Assembly: GCA_036679645.1 (NCBI GenBank)
Contig: JAZDCY010000012.1
Coordinates: 88,965-152,964 of the forward strand
Source of the DNA: Gemmatimonadota bacterium
GTDB taxonomy: Bacteria; Gemmatimonadota; Gemmatimonadetes; Gemmatimonadales; GWC2-71-9
DNA length: 64,000 nt
Direction: 5' to 3'
A program made the translations under genes and the position numbers. Numbering within the stretch: the first letter of the stretch is position 1; the number at the start of each line of letters is the position of its first letter. Positions 55,989 to 63,974 of this stretch are shown in pieces. Below the pieces are notes generated by a model, which saw only the letters and a program-made list of their open reading frames with translations, did not search any database and had not been told where the DNA came from.

Positions 55989-56180
55989 CTAGCGGCGCGC
56001 GCTAACGGTCGGGAAATACTCGACGTTCTCTTCACGCGGTTTCTTGGCCGGACAACCCGGCCGGCAGAATATCCCGGTGGTACGAATAGCAGCGACGAAG
56101 ACACCTTCGTACGCCTCATCCCGTTCGACGAGCGCCCGGTACATTTCAGTAGGGGCCGGTAGCAATTGGATCTGTTGCAT
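55989..56180 (-). CDS. Ada N-terminal Zn-binding domain fragment (separate 63-aa ORF, possibly a gene remnant)
   Basis: [44 protein letters not shown] matches the Ada_Zn_binding first half (E. coli [29 protein letters not shown]). The ORF stops before the second Cys pair (PCKRC), which I find in no frame. Confidence 0.5.
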   Translation of the reverse strand: [63 protein letters not shown]

Positions 56181-56280
56181 CGGCCGGAATCTAGCCGCTC
56201 AGCCAGGCGGGCTCTACCGATTAATGGGCATCGAATTCGAGCTTCCTTGCCCCTCACCAATGGGACACGGATACTCCAGC

Positions 56281-56694
56281 ATGTCCGACCGATTGCCGCT
56301 GCTGCTCTACGACGGTACCTGCGGGTTCTGCAACGCCACGGTGCAGCTCATCCTGCGGTACGATCGAAAGGGAATCCTGCGGTTCGCTGCGCTGGAGAGC
56401 ACGCGGGGTCGCGGTATTCTCGCCGAGCATCCGGAACTCGAAGGGGTCGATTCCGTCGTCTGGGTCGAGAAAGAAGGCGCCCGGACCGGTGTGGTCACTC
56501 GTTCCGCAGCGACACTACGGGTTGCCGCTTACCTCGGAGGGGTCTGGCGCCTGGCACTGGTCGGGGAGGTGATTCCCGCTCCCGTCCGCGATTGGCTATA
56601 CGACCTCATCGCGCGACACAGGCATCGCTTGATCTCCGGCGCAGCTCGATGCGTCATCCCTCCTGCGGAGGCGCGCCATCGGTTTGAGGAGTAG
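56281..56694 (+). CDS. DCC-family thiol-disulfide oxidoreductase (DUF393)
   Basis: LLLYDGTCGFCNATVQLILRYD with the DxxCxxC motif, about 137 aa from ATG 56281. Upstream in-frame ATGs exist. Confidence 0.75.
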   Translation: MSDRLPLLLYDGTCGFCNATVQLILRYDRKGILRFAALESTRGRGILAEHPELEGVDSVVWVEKEGARTGVVTRSAATLRVAAYLGGVWRLALVGEVIPAPVRDWLYDLIARHRHRLISGAARCVIPPAEARHRFEE

Positions 56695-56932
56695 GCGCGG
56701 GTTACTCGGGCGGATTCGGCGATCGTCGCTATCGCACAAGCTCTTGCAAATCAATGAATTACCGTGGGTCACAAGAGCCCGCGACTGCACGGAAGCGTCA
56801 CCGCAGCAGCAAACGAATTGGAGATTCCGGATAACAGGTGGCAGGTTGGCGGTGTCGCCGAGGAGGTTATGACCGCTCCGACCGCCCACTTGGAGAGCCA
56901 CCGCGTCGTGCGAGGCGGCATGTAGAAAGACG

Positions 56933-57190
56933 TCAGCGGTCGGAGATGTCCTTCGCGCGCGTCAGCAACCGTTCGGCAAAGTCGAGGCGTTCCTCGAGCA
57001 TCTGATAATCGGCGTCGTGCTTGTTGGCGATCGTGTCGAGATCCTCCTGCACGCGAGCGACGGCATCAGCCAAATCCTCGATTTGGCGCTCGAGACGCGG
57101 ATCACGCCCGCGGCGCCGACTGCCCGTGAGCGCCTGCGTGACCGAGACGACCGCCCAGCACATGAATGCAATGGCGAAGATGGACATCAT
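56933..57190 (-). CDS. Small membrane-anchored coiled-coil protein, function unknown
   Basis: MMSIFAIAFMCWAVVSVTQAL TM segment followed by an acidic heptad-like region (IEDLADAVARVQEDLDTIANKHDADYQMLEERLDFAERLL). Confidence 0.5.
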   Translation of the reverse strand: MMSIFAIAFMCWAVVSVTQALTGSRRRGRDPRLERQIEDLADAVARVQEDLDTIANKHDADYQMLEERLDFAERLLTRAKDISDR

Positions 57191-57236
57191 TCATGAACGA
57201 TGAGCACCAGTCCGGGTTTCCGAAAGGCTGCCGGTA

Positions 57237-57878
57237 ATGTTGGACCACCTTGTCTACGCGGTGCCCAATCTCGAAGGCGGAGTGCGTGATATCGCCGAAC
57301 GCCTGGGTGTGCAGCCCACGATGGGCGGCCGGCATCCGGACTGGGGGACCGCCAACGCGCTCGTGGGACTCGGTGGTCAGCGCTACCTGGAGATCATCGG
57401 CCCGGATTCCAGGACGACGCATAGCGGGTCCCGCCCCCGCCCCCACCCCCGCCCCTTTGGCATTGACGATCTCGACGCAGCGCGACTCGTCACGTGGGCC
57501 GCGCACGTGACCGATCTGGACTCGTGCGTACAGACGGCACGCGTTGCCGGTTACAATCCCGGTGACATCGTGGAAATGAGCAGAACCCGCCCGACGGGCG
57601 AGCGCCTCGCGTGGCGACTGACCGTGAGCGCGTCCGACCCCGGGCTTCCCGGTGACGGCGTGATTCCGTTCCTGATCGAGTGGGGGATGTCTGCGCACCC
57701 GACCGAGTCACTCACCCCGGCGTGCACGCTCGTAAACCTTAGTGCGACACACCCTCATCCCCACCACGTGCGCGCCGCCCTGCAGGCGCTCGGCATCGCA
57801 CTTGTCGTGGAAGAGGGCGCCACCCCAGGACTGCAAGCGGAGTTGGAAACGCCGGTCGGACGAGTCGTTCTGACGTGA
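57237..57878 (+). CDS. VOC/glyoxalase-like domain protein
   Basis: MLDHLVYAVPNLEGGVRDIAERLGV...YLEIIGPD is typical of the Glyoxalase_3-like family. Confidence 0.7.
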   Translation: MLDHLVYAVPNLEGGVRDIAERLGVQPTMGGRHPDWGTANALVGLGGQRYLEIIGPDSRTTHSGSRPRPHPRPFGIDDLDAARLVTWAAHVTDLDSCVQTARVAGYNPGDIVEMSRTRPTGERLAWRLTVSASDPGLPGDGVIPFLIEWGMSAHPTESLTPACTLVNLSATHPHPHHVRAALQALGIALVVEEGATPGLQAELETPVGRVVLT

Positions 57879-57895
57879 TAGAGCGCCTACCCCTA

Positions 57896-58843
57896 CTACA
57901 GCGAATCGATGAACTCCTCCATGCGCCGACGCAAGCCTGCGTCGGGTAGGCGTCCCCTGATAGCACCGATGTTGTCCACCACGTGCCTCAGTTGCCGCGT
58001 GCCCGGAATGGGGCAGGTGACCGCCGGATGCGCAATCAGGTACTTCAGGAAGAACTGACCCCAACTCGCGCAATCGAACTCGGCCGCCCACTCGGGCAGT
58101 GGCCGGTCTCCCACCGCTCGAAACAGCCGGCCGCGCCCGAACGGCAGGTTGATGAGCACCGCCACGCCGCGGTCGCGTGCGGCAGGCAGGATACGCTCTG
58201 CGGCACCGCGGTTCAACAGTGAGTAATCCACCTGCACGAAGTCCATTTGCTCATTGGCGAGCGCGTTCTCCACCCGCTCGTACTGCCGGTCGCTCGAGGT
58301 CGTGACGCCGACATACCGAACGCGACCGGCCTGCTTCCATTCGCGTAACGTCGCAAGCTGTGTTGCGGTGTCGCGCATGTTGTGCACCTGCATGAGATCT
58401 ACGGTATCGGTCTCGAGCGCCTCGTATGACGCCTCCATCCGCTCGATCCCGGCTTCACGCCCCTCGCGGTCCACCTTGCCGGCAAGAAAAATGTCGTTGC
58501 GCGCGCCGAGCGTGCTCATGATATCGCCCAGCACGTGCTCGGAATTCTGGAACGACCCGGTCTCGCGGTCGATCCTGTTCCCGTATGAAGGGGCCGTGTC
58601 GATCACCTTGCCGCCCAACTCGAGAAAACGCCGCACGGTCTCCTGCAATGGCGCCAGCGCCTCCGCGTTGGGAATCCCGTAGTTCCTCGTCCCTATCCCA
58701 ACGGCCGGGATCATCTCTCCGGTCGAGGGAATCGGCCTCGTGATCAGATCGTCCTGCCGGCCGAGTGCCGGCCGCCATCCCGCGGCAAGCGCCGCACCGG
58801 CGCTCGCCCCGACTTTGAGGAGTTCTCGGCGCGTGAGGGTCAT
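57896..58843 (-). CDS. Aldo/keto reductase with Tat-type signal peptide
   Basis: MTLTRRELLKVGASAGAALAAG, AKR motifs (IDTAPSYG, LMQVHN), 315 aa. Confidence 0.85.
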   Translation of the reverse strand: MTLTRRELLKVGASAGAALAAGWRPALGRQDDLITRPIPSTGEMIPAVGIGTRNYGIPNAEALAPLQETVRRFLELGGKVIDTAPSYGNRIDRETGSFQNSEHVLGDIMSTLGARNDIFLAGKVDREGREAGIERMEASYEALETDTVDLMQVHNMRDTATQLATLREWKQAGRVRYVGVTTSSDRQYERVENALANEQMDFVQVDYSLLNRGAAERILPAARDRGVAVLINLPFGRGRLFRAVGDRPLPEWAAEFDCASWGQFFLKYLIAHPAVTCPIPGTRQLRHVVDNIGAIRGRLPDAGLRRRMEEFIDSL

Positions 58844-58939
58844 TGCGATGTCCTCCGAGTTTTCTTGTCGTATGTGGGGTCTCGCCTACCGATCCATCGA
58901 CCGCTTGCGGAGCGCCCGTCAGGGCTCTTCTTATACTAC

Positions 58940-60061
58940 ATGACTCCCATTCCTCTGCGGCTCCGGTCTCTGCGCCCTCTCGGGTTCGCCATCATGTTCG
59001 CCGCTGTCGATGCAACCTCCGGTTGCGATGCTCCCGACGACGTTCTCTTCGTCCCCCCGGTGGTCGAGCCGCTCGAAATCCGACCGGGCGTATTTCGCAT
59101 CACCTACAACCGGGACGTCGATGTCGTCCGTGGTTTCACGCCCGACGGGACGCGCATCGTCTACCGCAGCCGCGGGCTAGCGGGGTTCGGCGAGGGCTGG
59201 CGGATACTCAGCGTGCCCGTGGACGGCGGGCAGGTTCACGAGGAGGCCGCCATCTACCGACAGGCACTCAGGTCACCTGTGGGGCATCTTCTCATCCAGG
59301 GAGACCGCCGTGTGCTGGTGGTCTGGCGCCGGGAGGCCGCCGGCGCGGAGACCTGCAAAGGCTGCCCCGGCCTCCCGGTCATCGGGTTGTCGATACTGCG
59401 ACTCAATGCGGCGGACGGCGCGCCGCTCTCCGCGTTTCCCACGCGTTCTCTGTTCCTGCCCAATCACGCGAGCACGTCGCCCTGCGATCACCGCGTGCGA
59501 CTGACCCCGACGGAGCGGGAGGTGGTGGACCGCGGAGTCGATCCATACGGACCCGTAATCGCTCCGAACACCAGCGTCGGCGTGTACTCGGATGGCGATG
59601 TGTTGTGGCGCTTCGACCTCGACGACCCGACGGTGCCACGTGATTCCATTGGAACGGGCGCCTTTCCGGCGCTCTCGCCAGACGGCACGTTGCTCGCAGC
59701 CGCGATTCCTCTGGGTGCTGACAGCGTATCCGATTTCTGTTCGTTTGGTCTCTGTCCGTGCATACAGGAAACCGTCACCATCACGGCGTCCGCCTGGAGC
59801 GTTGTCGTTCACGATCTGACGGGCGGCACCGTAGATACCGTCGCGTCCGGTATGGAGCCGCAGTTCGCGCCGGATGGATCCCGCCTGCTCGTGCGCCGCA
59901 TCGACGCGCTGTACTGGATTGACCTGTCCAGCGGTAGTGAGGAACTCATCGCCGGAACGTCGGGAGCGTACGCGCCGCGCATTGCACCCGACGGATCGGT
60001 GCTGGCTTTCTCGACAAGCCTCGACGGCAACCCCGACGTGTTTTTCGTGCGGGTGCAGTAG
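58940..60061 (+). CDS. PD40/TolB-like beta-propeller lipoprotein, function unknown
   Basis: ATG 58940. N-terminus with a lipobox-like DATSGC. PD40-like repeats (LSPDGTLLAA, FAPDGSRLLV, IAPDGSVLAFSTSLDGNPDVFFV). Confidence 0.65.
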   Translation: MTPIPLRLRSLRPLGFAIMFAAVDATSGCDAPDDVLFVPPVVEPLEIRPGVFRITYNRDVDVVRGFTPDGTRIVYRSRGLAGFGEGWRILSVPVDGGQVHEEAAIYRQALRSPVGHLLIQGDRRVLVVWRREAAGAETCKGCPGLPVIGLSILRLNAADGAPLSAFPTRSLFLPNHASTSPCDHRVRLTPTEREVVDRGVDPYGPVIAPNTSVGVYSDGDVLWRFDLDDPTVPRDSIGTGAFPALSPDGTLLAAAIPLGADSVSDFCSFGLCPCIQETVTITASAWSVVVHDLTGGTVDTVASGMEPQFAPDGSRLLVRRIDALYWIDLSSGSEELIAGTSGAYAPRIAPDGSVLAFSTSLDGNPDVFFVRVQ

Positions 60062-60243
60062 TCAGGCGCTCAGGAGAAGGCATAGGATCATACCGAACCC
60101 AACGCACGTCCCGAGGCGTGTGTGCCGCGATCAGCGCGCCGAGCCGGGACTTCACCCAGGACACGAGAACGGGGGCGGGCAACCTTTGACACGATTTCAC
60201 TTGGCACGCACATTATGCATAGAAGCTGGAGGGAGAATCCCCT

Positions 60244-60915
60244 ATGCGGTTCTCGGGATTACCACCGATTGCATTGTTGTGTCTTACCGAACTCGGTTGT
60301 GGCGCTCAGCCGTCCGCACCGACACCGGGCCCCCCGGCCGCGATCCGCGCCGAGGCCGGAAACAACCAGACCGTCGATCCCCGAACATCGCAGCGTCTCA
60401 CGACCCGTGTCACCGATGCACTGGGAACACCCGTTCCCGGTATCGCGATCTCGTGGGATCTCTTGACCGGTACCGGCACGCTGGAACCGCGCACCGGCAC
60501 CACCGACATTGGGGGCAAGACGTCCACGACGCTGTTCCTCACCACCAAGCCATCGAATCGGGAGGTACGCGCAGCCGTCGTGGCCGACTCGACGCTCCGG
60601 GTCACGTTCACCGTGCTGGTCACAGGCCCGTCAGGCGCAGAGGAGCCCGATGTTGTAATCGCGGTGGGGGACAACTTCTTCCGGCCAAACTCTGTGTCCG
60701 CCGGTGTGGGGCAACTGGTGGAGTGGCGCTGGATAGGTACGACGTTACACAACCTCGTCTTCGACGACACGACTCTGTGCGTGAGCCCTCGTGGTACCCG
60801 GCCGTGCCGGTTCTCCGTGGACGGGACGTGGAGGCATCGTTTTCAGCAGGCAGGCACTTTCGCGTACCGTTGCACATTGCATCTGGAGCAACGCGGGACC
60901 ATCATCGCGCACTAG
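60244..60915 (+). CDS. Lipoprotein with Ig-like (Big_1-type) domain and C-terminal cupredoxin-like domain
   Basis: GGAGGGA upstream. Lipobox LTELGC, an Ig-like segment (LTTRVTDALGTPVPGIAISW), and a cupredoxin pattern (VVIAVGDNFFRPNSVSAGVGQLVEWRWIGTTLHNLVF ... GTFAYRCTLHLEQRGTI). Confidence 0.65.
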   Translation: MRFSGLPPIALLCLTELGCGAQPSAPTPGPPAAIRAEAGNNQTVDPRTSQRLTTRVTDALGTPVPGIAISWDLLTGTGTLEPRTGTTDIGGKTSTTLFLTTKPSNREVRAAVVADSTLRVTFTVLVTGPSGAEEPDVVIAVGDNFFRPNSVSAGVGQLVEWRWIGTTLHNLVFDDTTLCVSPRGTRPCRFSVDGTWRHRFQQAGTFAYRCTLHLEQRGTIIAH

Positions 60916-60964
60916 GAAATAAGGATTAATCGCCGCATCCAGGCGCCGAGGCAACGCTGGGACC

Positions 60965-61341
60965 TCAGCGTGATGGCACAGCCACGCGCAGCCGTCGCGC
61001 CTGCGTTGCCAGTGCCTTGTCCAGCGTCCAGAGCGATGCGCCCGCGATGAGTGCCGATGCGAGAAGGTGCGCATCGATCCATCCGATCCCCGTGCCCGCC
61101 AACGCGCGGCGCTCGACGAGCGCGAGCACCTCATGGTGTTCAGCGACGGGCGCTCCCGGGAGATTCTGCAGGTAGCCAAGGATCGTAGCTCGTGCCCGGA
61201 GGTTGCCGCACGCCAACTCCCCGAACACGAACGGGTGCACGACCACCCGCCCGTGCTCCAGGAGATGAACCAGCTCGCCCTTTCCTTGCCGAAAGTGCTC
61301 AACCCAGACTGAGGTGTCGGCGAGGTGTCGGCGAGGATCAC
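60965..61341 (-). pseudogene. vapC: vapC (PIN-domain toxin) disrupted by an 11-bp tandem duplication
   Basis: GTG 61341 makes a GTGA overlap with the vapB stop and gives VILADTS, after which the frame is lost (track ORF 60745..61341). The remainder, SVWVEHFRQGKGELVH...FGELACG...GWIDAHLLASA...WTLDKA, lies in another frame (track ORF 60965..61525). Deleting one 11-nt copy restores a 121-aa PIN protein with all four acidic residues. Confidence 0.8.
61311..61336. repeat. Tandem direct repeat, 11-bp unit GAGGTGTCGGC x2 plus a partial copy (GAGG)
   Basis: 61311-61321 and 61322-61332 are identical and 61333-61336 repeats the first 4 nt. Located at codons 3-10 of vapC. Confidence 0.95.
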
Positions 61342-61547
61342 CTGGGCGTACCGCGCCTGCCCGAACGACGACGCGGCACACTCCGCAGCGACCGCTCCGT
61401 CCCTCCCAGGGCCGCGAGCCGCCGCGCGCTTTCGCGAGCGATGAGCGCCTCCAGTCCCGCGTGCACCAAGGCCGTCTTCTCGCTGATACGCGTGAGCTTG
61501 CGAGCGCGAGCAAGCAACTCGTCATCGATGTTGATGGTCGTTCGCAT
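61338..61547 (-). CDS. vapB: VapB-type antitoxin (type II TA)
   Basis: ATG 61547. MRTTINIDDELLARARKLTRISEKTALVHAGLEALIARE is the typical antitoxin N-terminus found paired with PIN toxins. 69 aa. Confidence 0.8.
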   Translation of the reverse strand: MRTTINIDDELLARARKLTRISEKTALVHAGLEALIARESARRLAALGGTERSLRSVPRRRSGRRGTPR

Positions 61548-61576
61548 ATGTATCAGCATGCACATTTGATACATAT
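61546..61576. promoter_or_regulatory. Perfect 10-bp inverted repeat overlapping the vapB start codon (putative VapB operator)
   Basis: ATATGTATCA (61546-61555), 11 nt, TGATACATAT (61567-61576), in a locally AT-rich stretch. The central spacer contains the palindrome GCATGC, and TTGATCAA follows at 61577-61584. Confidence 0.55.
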
Positions 61577-61695
61577 TGATCAAGGTTCCTGTCGCGGCTG
61601 CAAGAGACGATACCACAGCGCCCCGGCGCGAATGTCATCACTTCGATGCACAAGAGGCGCATGCGCGTGCGTCAGTTACTCTCTACGAGACAGGT

Positions 61696-62187
61696 CTACG
61701 GCACCACACGGAATGCGTTGGACGCCCGCTCGTTGAGCGGCAACGGCATGGGGGGATCCGCGCTTGAGTACAGGTCCATCGTGATGCGATATATTCCGCC
61801 CACATCCAGCGGCGGGCTCCCGGGCCAAGCCCCGAAGTCTATCCCGCCTGCGATGGTGTCTCGCCACACGGCGTCGAGCAACTGGTATCCGCACTCGGCG
61901 AACAGATTGTCCGGCTCCCACACCGCGTCCCGCCAGGCAGATCCGTCCCACGACTGTACGCCAAATCCGAACGATGGGGGACAGTTGTACCAATAGAGGG
62001 GCGCCGACTGGAGCGCCACCGCCCGGAAGTTGACCGGCCGGTCGCCCGAGGCAGAGTAGACCGAGTCGGCGGTCTCAATGCGCACGATGACTGGCGCCGC
62101 CCTTTGTGGCAGCGGCTCGAGCGGCTCGCCGCACGCCGAGAACAGCGCGACGACCAACACCCCGATTGCCATGTGCTGCAGCGTCAT
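61696..62187 (-). CDS. Lipoprotein, function unknown
   Basis: MTLQHMAIGVLVVALFSACGE lipobox, 163 aa, Trp/Pro-rich mature part. Confidence 0.6.
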   Translation of the reverse strand: MTLQHMAIGVLVVALFSACGEPLEPLPQRAAPVIVRIETADSVYSASGDRPVNFRAVALQSAPLYWYNCPPSFGFGVQSWDGSAWRDAVWEPDNLFAECGYQLLDAVWRDTIAGGIDFGAWPGSPPLDVGGIYRITMDLYSSADPPMPLPLNERASNAFRVVP

Positions 62188-62340
62188 AGGAATCCCCCAC
62201 CACTCTGCCGCGGGCAGTACGAGCCCGATCAGCTAAGTCCGACACTTGCAACCATACCCGCGGGCCCACGCGTCGTGCCCTGCGGTCTCTTCAGGACCGC
62301 CTGCGTGACGAGTCCCGTCCCGCGCGGTAAGCTACTACCC

Positions 62341-63081
62341 ATGAAGCTCGACTTTCGCGGTAAGACGGCGCTCGTCACCGGAGCATCCCGGGGAATCGGA
62401 CACCGCATCGCGACGGACCTCGCGGCGTGCGGGGCAAAGCTGATCGTCACGTCGACCACACCGGAACCGGGAGCAGAACTGGTTCAGGAGTTTGGGCCGG
62501 ACACGCAACACGTCGCGGTGGATTTCGCCGACCGCGCGAGCACTTCAGACTTCCTTGTATTCGTCCGCGCGCTCCCAGACCTCCACGTGTGCATCAACAA
62601 CGCCGGAGCCACTCGGCACGGCCCGCTAGAGGAAGCGTCGGAGGAGGATTGGGACCTGACCAACGACGTGAACCTCAAGGCGCCGTTCTTCGTGAGCCAG
62701 GCGGCGGCCGAGGTAATGAAACGGGGTGGCTACGGTCGCATCGTGAACGTGGCCTCCATCTGGGCTCACATCACTATGGCCGGCCGGTCCATCTACACGG
62801 CCACCAAGTTCGGCCTGCGCGGTCTGACGCTGAGCTACGCGCTCGAGTTGGCACGAGCGAACGTGTTGGTAAACGTGGTTTCACCAGGATTCACGCTGAC
62901 GGACATGGTGCAGCGTAACTACTCCAAGGAACAACTGGCCGAGTTGGAGTCAAGCATCCCAATGGGACGCCTGGGGACCGTCGACGACATCTCGCGCGCC
63001 GTGTTGTTCCTGACGAGCGATCTCAACTCGTACATCACCGGACAGAGCCTGGTGGTAGATGGGGGCTACAGCATCACATGA
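62341..63081 (+). CDS. Short-chain dehydrogenase/reductase (FabG-like)
   Basis: ATG 62341. TGASRGIGHRIA, NNAG, YTATKFGL, 246 aa. Confidence 0.85.
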   Translation: MKLDFRGKTALVTGASRGIGHRIATDLAACGAKLIVTSTTPEPGAELVQEFGPDTQHVAVDFADRASTSDFLVFVRALPDLHVCINNAGATRHGPLEEASEEDWDLTNDVNLKAPFFVSQAAAEVMKRGGYGRIVNVASIWAHITMAGRSIYTATKFGLRGLTLSYALELARANVLVNVVSPGFTLTDMVQRNYSKEQLAELESSIPMGRLGTVDDISRAVLFLTSDLNSYITGQSLVVDGGYSIT

Positions 63082-63203
63082 GCCCGAACGACACGCTCCG
63101 CGTTTCACGCGACTCACTGTCCACGTGGAACCTCTACACCACGCCGCAAGATGTGCACGTCGAGACGGGCCGCGGGTGCCTCGTTTCTCGTCGACTAGAA
63201 TTC

Positions 63204-63232
63204 TTGACCTACCACATTTTGCGTTGTACATT
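63204..63232 (+). promoter_or_regulatory. Sigma70-like promoter upstream of pyrE (TTGACC-N17-TACATT)
   Basis: TTGACC at 63204-63209, a 17-nt spacer, TACATT at 63227-63232, in a lower-GC spacer about 155 nt upstream of pyrE. Confidence 0.4.
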
Positions 63233-63325
63233 GGTAACCCAATGCTGCACATTGGTTTAGGGTCTTGCCCCAACACGCACCAGCTCCCACTGGAACAACC
63301 GATTCGCGTTATCGTAGTTTCTTGT

Positions 63326-63378
63326 AGAGGCGCATGACGCCTCTCTCATCAAGATGTCGGCGTTTTTTTTGTAGCTAG
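63326..63378 (+). promoter_or_regulatory. pyrE leader: two mutually exclusive hairpins, U8 tract and a 14-codon mini-ORF (attenuator-like)
   Basis: Hairpin 1 is AGAGGCG-CATGA-CGCCTCT (63326-63344). Hairpin 2 is GACGCC (63336-63341) paired with GGCGTT (63359-63364), running into T8 (63363-63370). The two hairpins share 63336-63344. The mini-ORF ATG 63334 ... TAG 63378 (MTPLSSRCRRFFCS) reads through the U-tract and ends 8 nt before the pyrE GTG. Confidence 0.4.
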
Positions 63379-63386
63379 GAGAGAAC

Positions 63387-63974
63387 GTGAGCCCCAGAAA
63401 TCAAGAGCTCTTGCAGCTGCTGAGGTCCCTCGCATACCAAGAGGGTAAGTTCGAGCTCTCTTCCGGCGGCGAGAGCGATTACTACATAGATGCAAAGACC
63501 GTAACACAGCACCCAAGAGGTGCGGAACTCGTTGCTGAATCGATTCTAGAGCTCCTGCAACGGTACAAAGTGGAAGCCGTCGGCGGACCAATCCTTGGAG
63601 CAGTTCCAATCGCCACAGCGGTTGCGATGTTGTCCGGGCAGAAGGGGTCACCGCTTCCGGCATTCTTCGTACGCAAGGACGTTAAGCCTCACGGACTTCA
63701 CAAGTGGATCGAGGGTCGTGTTCCGAACGGTGCCACGGTGGCGCTTGTCGACGACGTTATCACGTCCGGCCAATCGGTAATCGAGGCGGTGAACCGCGCA
63801 CAGCAAGCGGGCTACAACGTAGCAGTAGTGATCGGCCTGGTCGATCGTGAATCGGGTGGACGTGAGGCAATCGAGTCTCTGGGTATCAAATACGAGAGTG
63901 TGTTCTCCATCGCCGATTTGCGCTCGCGCAGCATTGGGACAGCCAGCAATCCGCAGATGCCTGCACATGCGTGA
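63387..63974 (+). CDS. pyrE: Orotate phosphoribosyltransferase
   Basis: AGGAG 6 nt upstream of GTG 63387. GKFELSSGGESDYYID and PRPP-binding motif VALVDDVITSGQS. Codon usage is visibly less GC-biased than in the rest of the window. Confidence 0.9.
   Translation: MSPRNQELLQLLRSLAYQEGKFELSSGGESDYYIDAKTVTQHPRGAELVAESILELLQRYKVEAVGGPILGAVPIATAVAMLSGQKGSPLPAFFVRKDVKPHGLHKWIEGRVPNGATVALVDDVITSGQSVIEAVNRAQQAGYNVAVVIGLVDRESGGREAIESLGIKYESVFSIADLRSRSIGTASNPQMPAHA

Noticed and set aside
55960-55992. In-frame TGA after the Ada Zn-domain ORF considered as a possible Sec codon (because selD shows Sec usage)
   Set aside because: A TAG stop precedes it in the same frame. No Cys/Sec-type motif aligns there and no downstream hairpin is evident.
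56720-56790. GCTCTTG ... CAAGAGC 7-bp inverted repeat with a 25-nt loop in the 240-bp spacer after the DCC gene, checked as a possible tRNA, ncRNA or terminator
   Set aside because: No cloverleaf, no U-tract, and the loop is too large. Nothing supports an RNA gene.
57432-57455. Hexanucleotide repeat CGCCCC/CACCCC x4 inside the VOC-family gene (encodes RPRPHPRP)
   Set aside because: It is in frame and short, consistent with a small low-complexity loop insertion. There is no evidence of a regulatory or phase-variation role.
60186-60216. TTGACA ... TGGCACGCACATTATGCA upstream of the cupredoxin lipoprotein gene, looking like a sigma70 -35 or a sigma54 -24/-12 element
   Set aside because: For sigma54, the -12 GC is displaced by 2 nt from the TGGCAC-N5-TTGC spacing. 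For sigma70, the best -10 (CATTAT) needs a 19-nt spacer. Too weak to report as a feature.
63318-63345. Resemblance of UUGUAGAGGCGCAUG in the pyrE leader to the PyrR-binding consensus (UCCAGAGAGGCU)
   Set aside because: Only the AGAGGC core matches, the flanking UCC/GAG positions do not, and no pyrR is visible in the window. It is kept as a generic attenuator hypothesis instead.
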